A stretch of 63,157 bases of DNA, the filler included, from Hausera hauseri (Eukaryota): NCBI GenBank assembly GCA_046269625.1. It is 10 parts of 10 records of this genome, joined end to end, with 100 filler letters (N's around TTAATTAATTAA, not from the genome) between each part and the next. Parts side by side here need not be neighbours in the genome. Positions count along the whole stretch, not along the records: positions 57,491 to 63,157 come from JBJURY010209967.1; 9 more parts are not named here. The stretch is one strand, 5' to 3'. The position numbers and the translations under genes are program-made. The number at the start of each line of letters is the position of its first letter. Position 1 is the stretch's first letter. This document shows positions 60,160 through 63,157 of this stretch, piece after piece. The notes under the pieces were generated by a model. That model was not told where the DNA came from. It saw only the letters and a list, made by a program, of their open reading frames with translations, and did not search any database.

Positions 60160-63157
60160 GTTAACCCAGAAAGAAACAGCCCTAGACCTCCATGCATTTG
60201 AATATTCTCCTGGGATTACTTCGCTGCAAATCTCCTTCCTGGCCTTCAGCAATAATCAACACATTAAAACCATTAGAGCTCCATTCAACGCCACAGCGCA
60301 GCTCCTATACAACTCTATCCTCCTCACTCAACACTTCTAACTTCTATTTCACACAACGAGGTATCACTGTACATCCTGTCGACTCCCTCCTGTCATTTGT
60401 ATGCCACGAACGTCCAGTCATCTATCTCCTGCTTCATTTTCGCATTTGGGGTGGACCGGACTCAAATCCGTCTTGCTCGGATAATAAATTCACATATACA
60501 TACAATATTTATTGTCTACCAAATTGTCAACAAACACAAGCCTCGCTAAATCTATCTTGGGTGAATTTTTCTTAATAAAAGCAACTCCAGCAAACCATGT
60601 CTCCAATTCCACCAACAGTGGCTAAAATCCAACAACATCACCGACTCCATTGGGCGAGCCTGTAGTCTTTTTATACTTCTGCCTGCCAACGTCAAGCAGC
60701 AGATCAGTAATATCTGAACTGCTTTAATCATCGACACTATACGAAACACTATGTGAGGCCGTATTCGATATCACCGATCCCTCGATAGATCACATTATAC
60801 GAAAATACTTTAACAATCATACTATAGGAAACCAAAAGCCATCCGATTTTCTCCAAACGGCCATTCTACAACTTAGCGCTCTGAGTAACACCTAGGAATA
60901 ACGCGGAATTAATTAACCATTACTTTTTTTCATCTTTTCCCACCTCAATCAGAGCCTTTCCCACCGTTGTCGATGAGTCCACTGCTATCGAAAAACTAGC
61001 CAAAATGGCTGACAAGTCCTTTGAGATTCTTCATACAAATAATTCTCTCCAATTGCGGCTGCAACCACACACGCAAAATATAGACACCACGTCTATCACT
61101 CAACAACTGAAAATGATGCGACAACAATTTGACACGTTACATCAGTTAATTTCGGCAATTACTACACAACTAAACAATATAAATGGGCCTCGACGAAGTA
61201 ACACCAGACGTTCAAGGGAGAGAAGCACTTCAAGACATGCTACTCAATCCATTTTACCTGGTGGACATTTGACGTGCTTCTATCACACGCGATTTCGTAA
61301 GGATACAAGGAAATACTTCTTGGGTTGTCGATTCTACAGTGAACGATACGCGGTGGACAACCCTATTTGGATCTACTACAACAAGTATCAGTCACAGGAC
61401 AGATCATGTGTGCCTGGTTGCAAACAATACAAAAACAAATTTCCCTTTTCTTCTCCTTCTTCCTTTTCTCCAAATCCTTCAAAAATTTAATAATGCCGCC
61501 AGATTTGACGGCGCATTCTGGCGCAGGCAATATTGCTTAATCTTCTGGCCGTTTCAACACCGCCTCTTCAGTCTTTCTGTTCAAAGCTGCACTGATATCC
61601 AGAAATTCCTCACATATCGACTTCCTAATAGATTCAGGAGCTGCCTTTTCACCCCTTCCCTTATCCTTCACTCCTATATCCACTATAATTTCCTGTCCAC
61701 CGCTCATCACTGCCAGTGGGCAACCGTCGCACGTTGCGGGAACCACGGAACTGACTTTCACATTCGCTAACTTTCCAAATAAGTTTTTCTGGAGGTTTCA
61801 CGTAACCAATATTAAATCTTCCATAATAGGTTCCGATTTCCTTGCTGACATGATCTATTGGATGATTGCAAATAAGCTATCTGCTGCGCAGGAATTTAAT
61901 CGCAAATCCAGTCATATGTCTCACAGACAATTTAGCGAGCGATTCATTTTACTCATCTGTAAATATGTCGAACTCTTCGTCGACTATTGACAAAACCTTC
62001 GATAAAGTCGGTATTCCTTCAACTATGAATAAAAAATCTATCTTAAAACAAAATTCCAAATTAAGTCCTGACAGTGGCAATGCCAGTTGTTTTTCGTCAA
62101 TTACTGAAACTGTTTCTTCTCATAAAATGCCTCAACCATTTCTATCTCTATACTCCGATCTTAAATCATTCATTGCAACGTCTTGCTTTTGCATACTTCA
62201 GAGGGACATCAATTTCAAGCCTCTATCCTCGACTTATCATCATATAGTAACAGAATATCAGAGGCCGATCAAACAAAAGGTCAGACCCTTGTCGCCACGC
62301 AGACGTGAAACTGCGGAACAGGAATTCAATGAAATGGAAAAGTCTGGCATCATTCGGAGATTGAATTCACCTATGGCTTCTCCTATTCATGTAGTAGTAA
62401 AGAAAGATGGTACCTAGAAGCCATGCGGCGGCAATCGTCAATTAAACAACCTGACTATTACAGATGCCTATCCACTACCGCTCATTAAGGATATCCTTCA
62501 TAGCCTCAATAACACCAATACCGATTCTACCATTTATTTGCACAAGGCCTATCATCAAATTTTTGTCGAAACTGATGACGTTCCTAAAACTGCTGTCATC
62601 ACACCATTTGGTCTTTATGAATACATCTTCATGCCTTTCGGCCTACGCAGCGCATCTCAGACCTTTCAGCGCCACATTGACACCGTTCTGTCAGGACTAT
62701 ATTTTGCTCACCCATACATAGATGACATATTAGTCGCTTCCACCTTCATCAAACAACATCATGAGCACCTGAGAATTATTTTCCATATATTGCATAAAAG
62801 CAACCTACAAATTAATTTCTCTAAATGCAATTTCTTCCAGAAACGCGTCAACTTCTTAGGCCACATAATTACTCTCGAAGATCATTCGCCCCAGCCCGAT
62901 CGCTTGCAACAGTTAAAAAATGTCATACTACCAACTACTACCACGGACATGAGGCGTTTTCTAGGGACACTGCATTTCGTACATAAATATGTGCCACACT
63001 TCTCCGAACTAACGACACCTTTCGCACACCTCTCATCTGGGAAGAAAAGACAATTAATCCACTGGACTCCCGATCTAGTAAATCAATTTCATCGTCTTCG
63101 TGAAAGTCTGAAAACCGCTGAAATCTTGGTTTTTCCAAAACCCAACGCGGAACTCAT
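60160..63157 (+). mobile_element. 5' half of decayed Gypsy family A element (UBL-like, gag, PR, RT), runs off window end
   Basis: UBL-like 60224..60455 ending FRIWGG; KPSDFLQ; CFYHTRF; FLIDSGAA; PIKQKVRPLSP; YIDD ~62716. Confidence 0.9.

Overview
This window is not one locus. It is ten eukaryotic (metazoan, probably invertebrate) contigs joined by nine identical artificial 100-bp linkers (44 N + TTAATTAATTAA + 44 N), so links across linkers are family-level homology only. Content is mostly decayed mobile DNA: I/Ingi-group, RTE and CR1/L2-type LINE fragments, short SINE-like elements, a piggyBac remnant, minisatellites and many Ty3/Gypsy LTR elements. Three things stand out. (1) One Gypsy family (contigs 4, 6, 8, 10; family A) appears to carry a ~76-aa ubiquitin-like domain ending R-I-x-G-G at the N-terminus of Gag. 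It also has a conserved -1 frameshift pseudoknot, and two copies sit directly downstream of intronless mosaics of host-gene fragments (receptor PTP + TYW4-like; DPP3 + COPB1). (2) A second Gypsy group (contigs 2, 3, 9) has Pol continuing in frame into a membrane protein, an unknown domain and a catalytically degenerate REX4/ISG20-like DEDDh fold; one copy ends in a RING finger and another has a chuvirus/gB-like envelope start. (3) Four phase-0 exons in contig 1, poorly captured by the ORF track, each encode an amphipathic peptide module ending T-R-E, suggesting a repeat peptide precursor. All family assignments are by eye from motifs; no searches were run.
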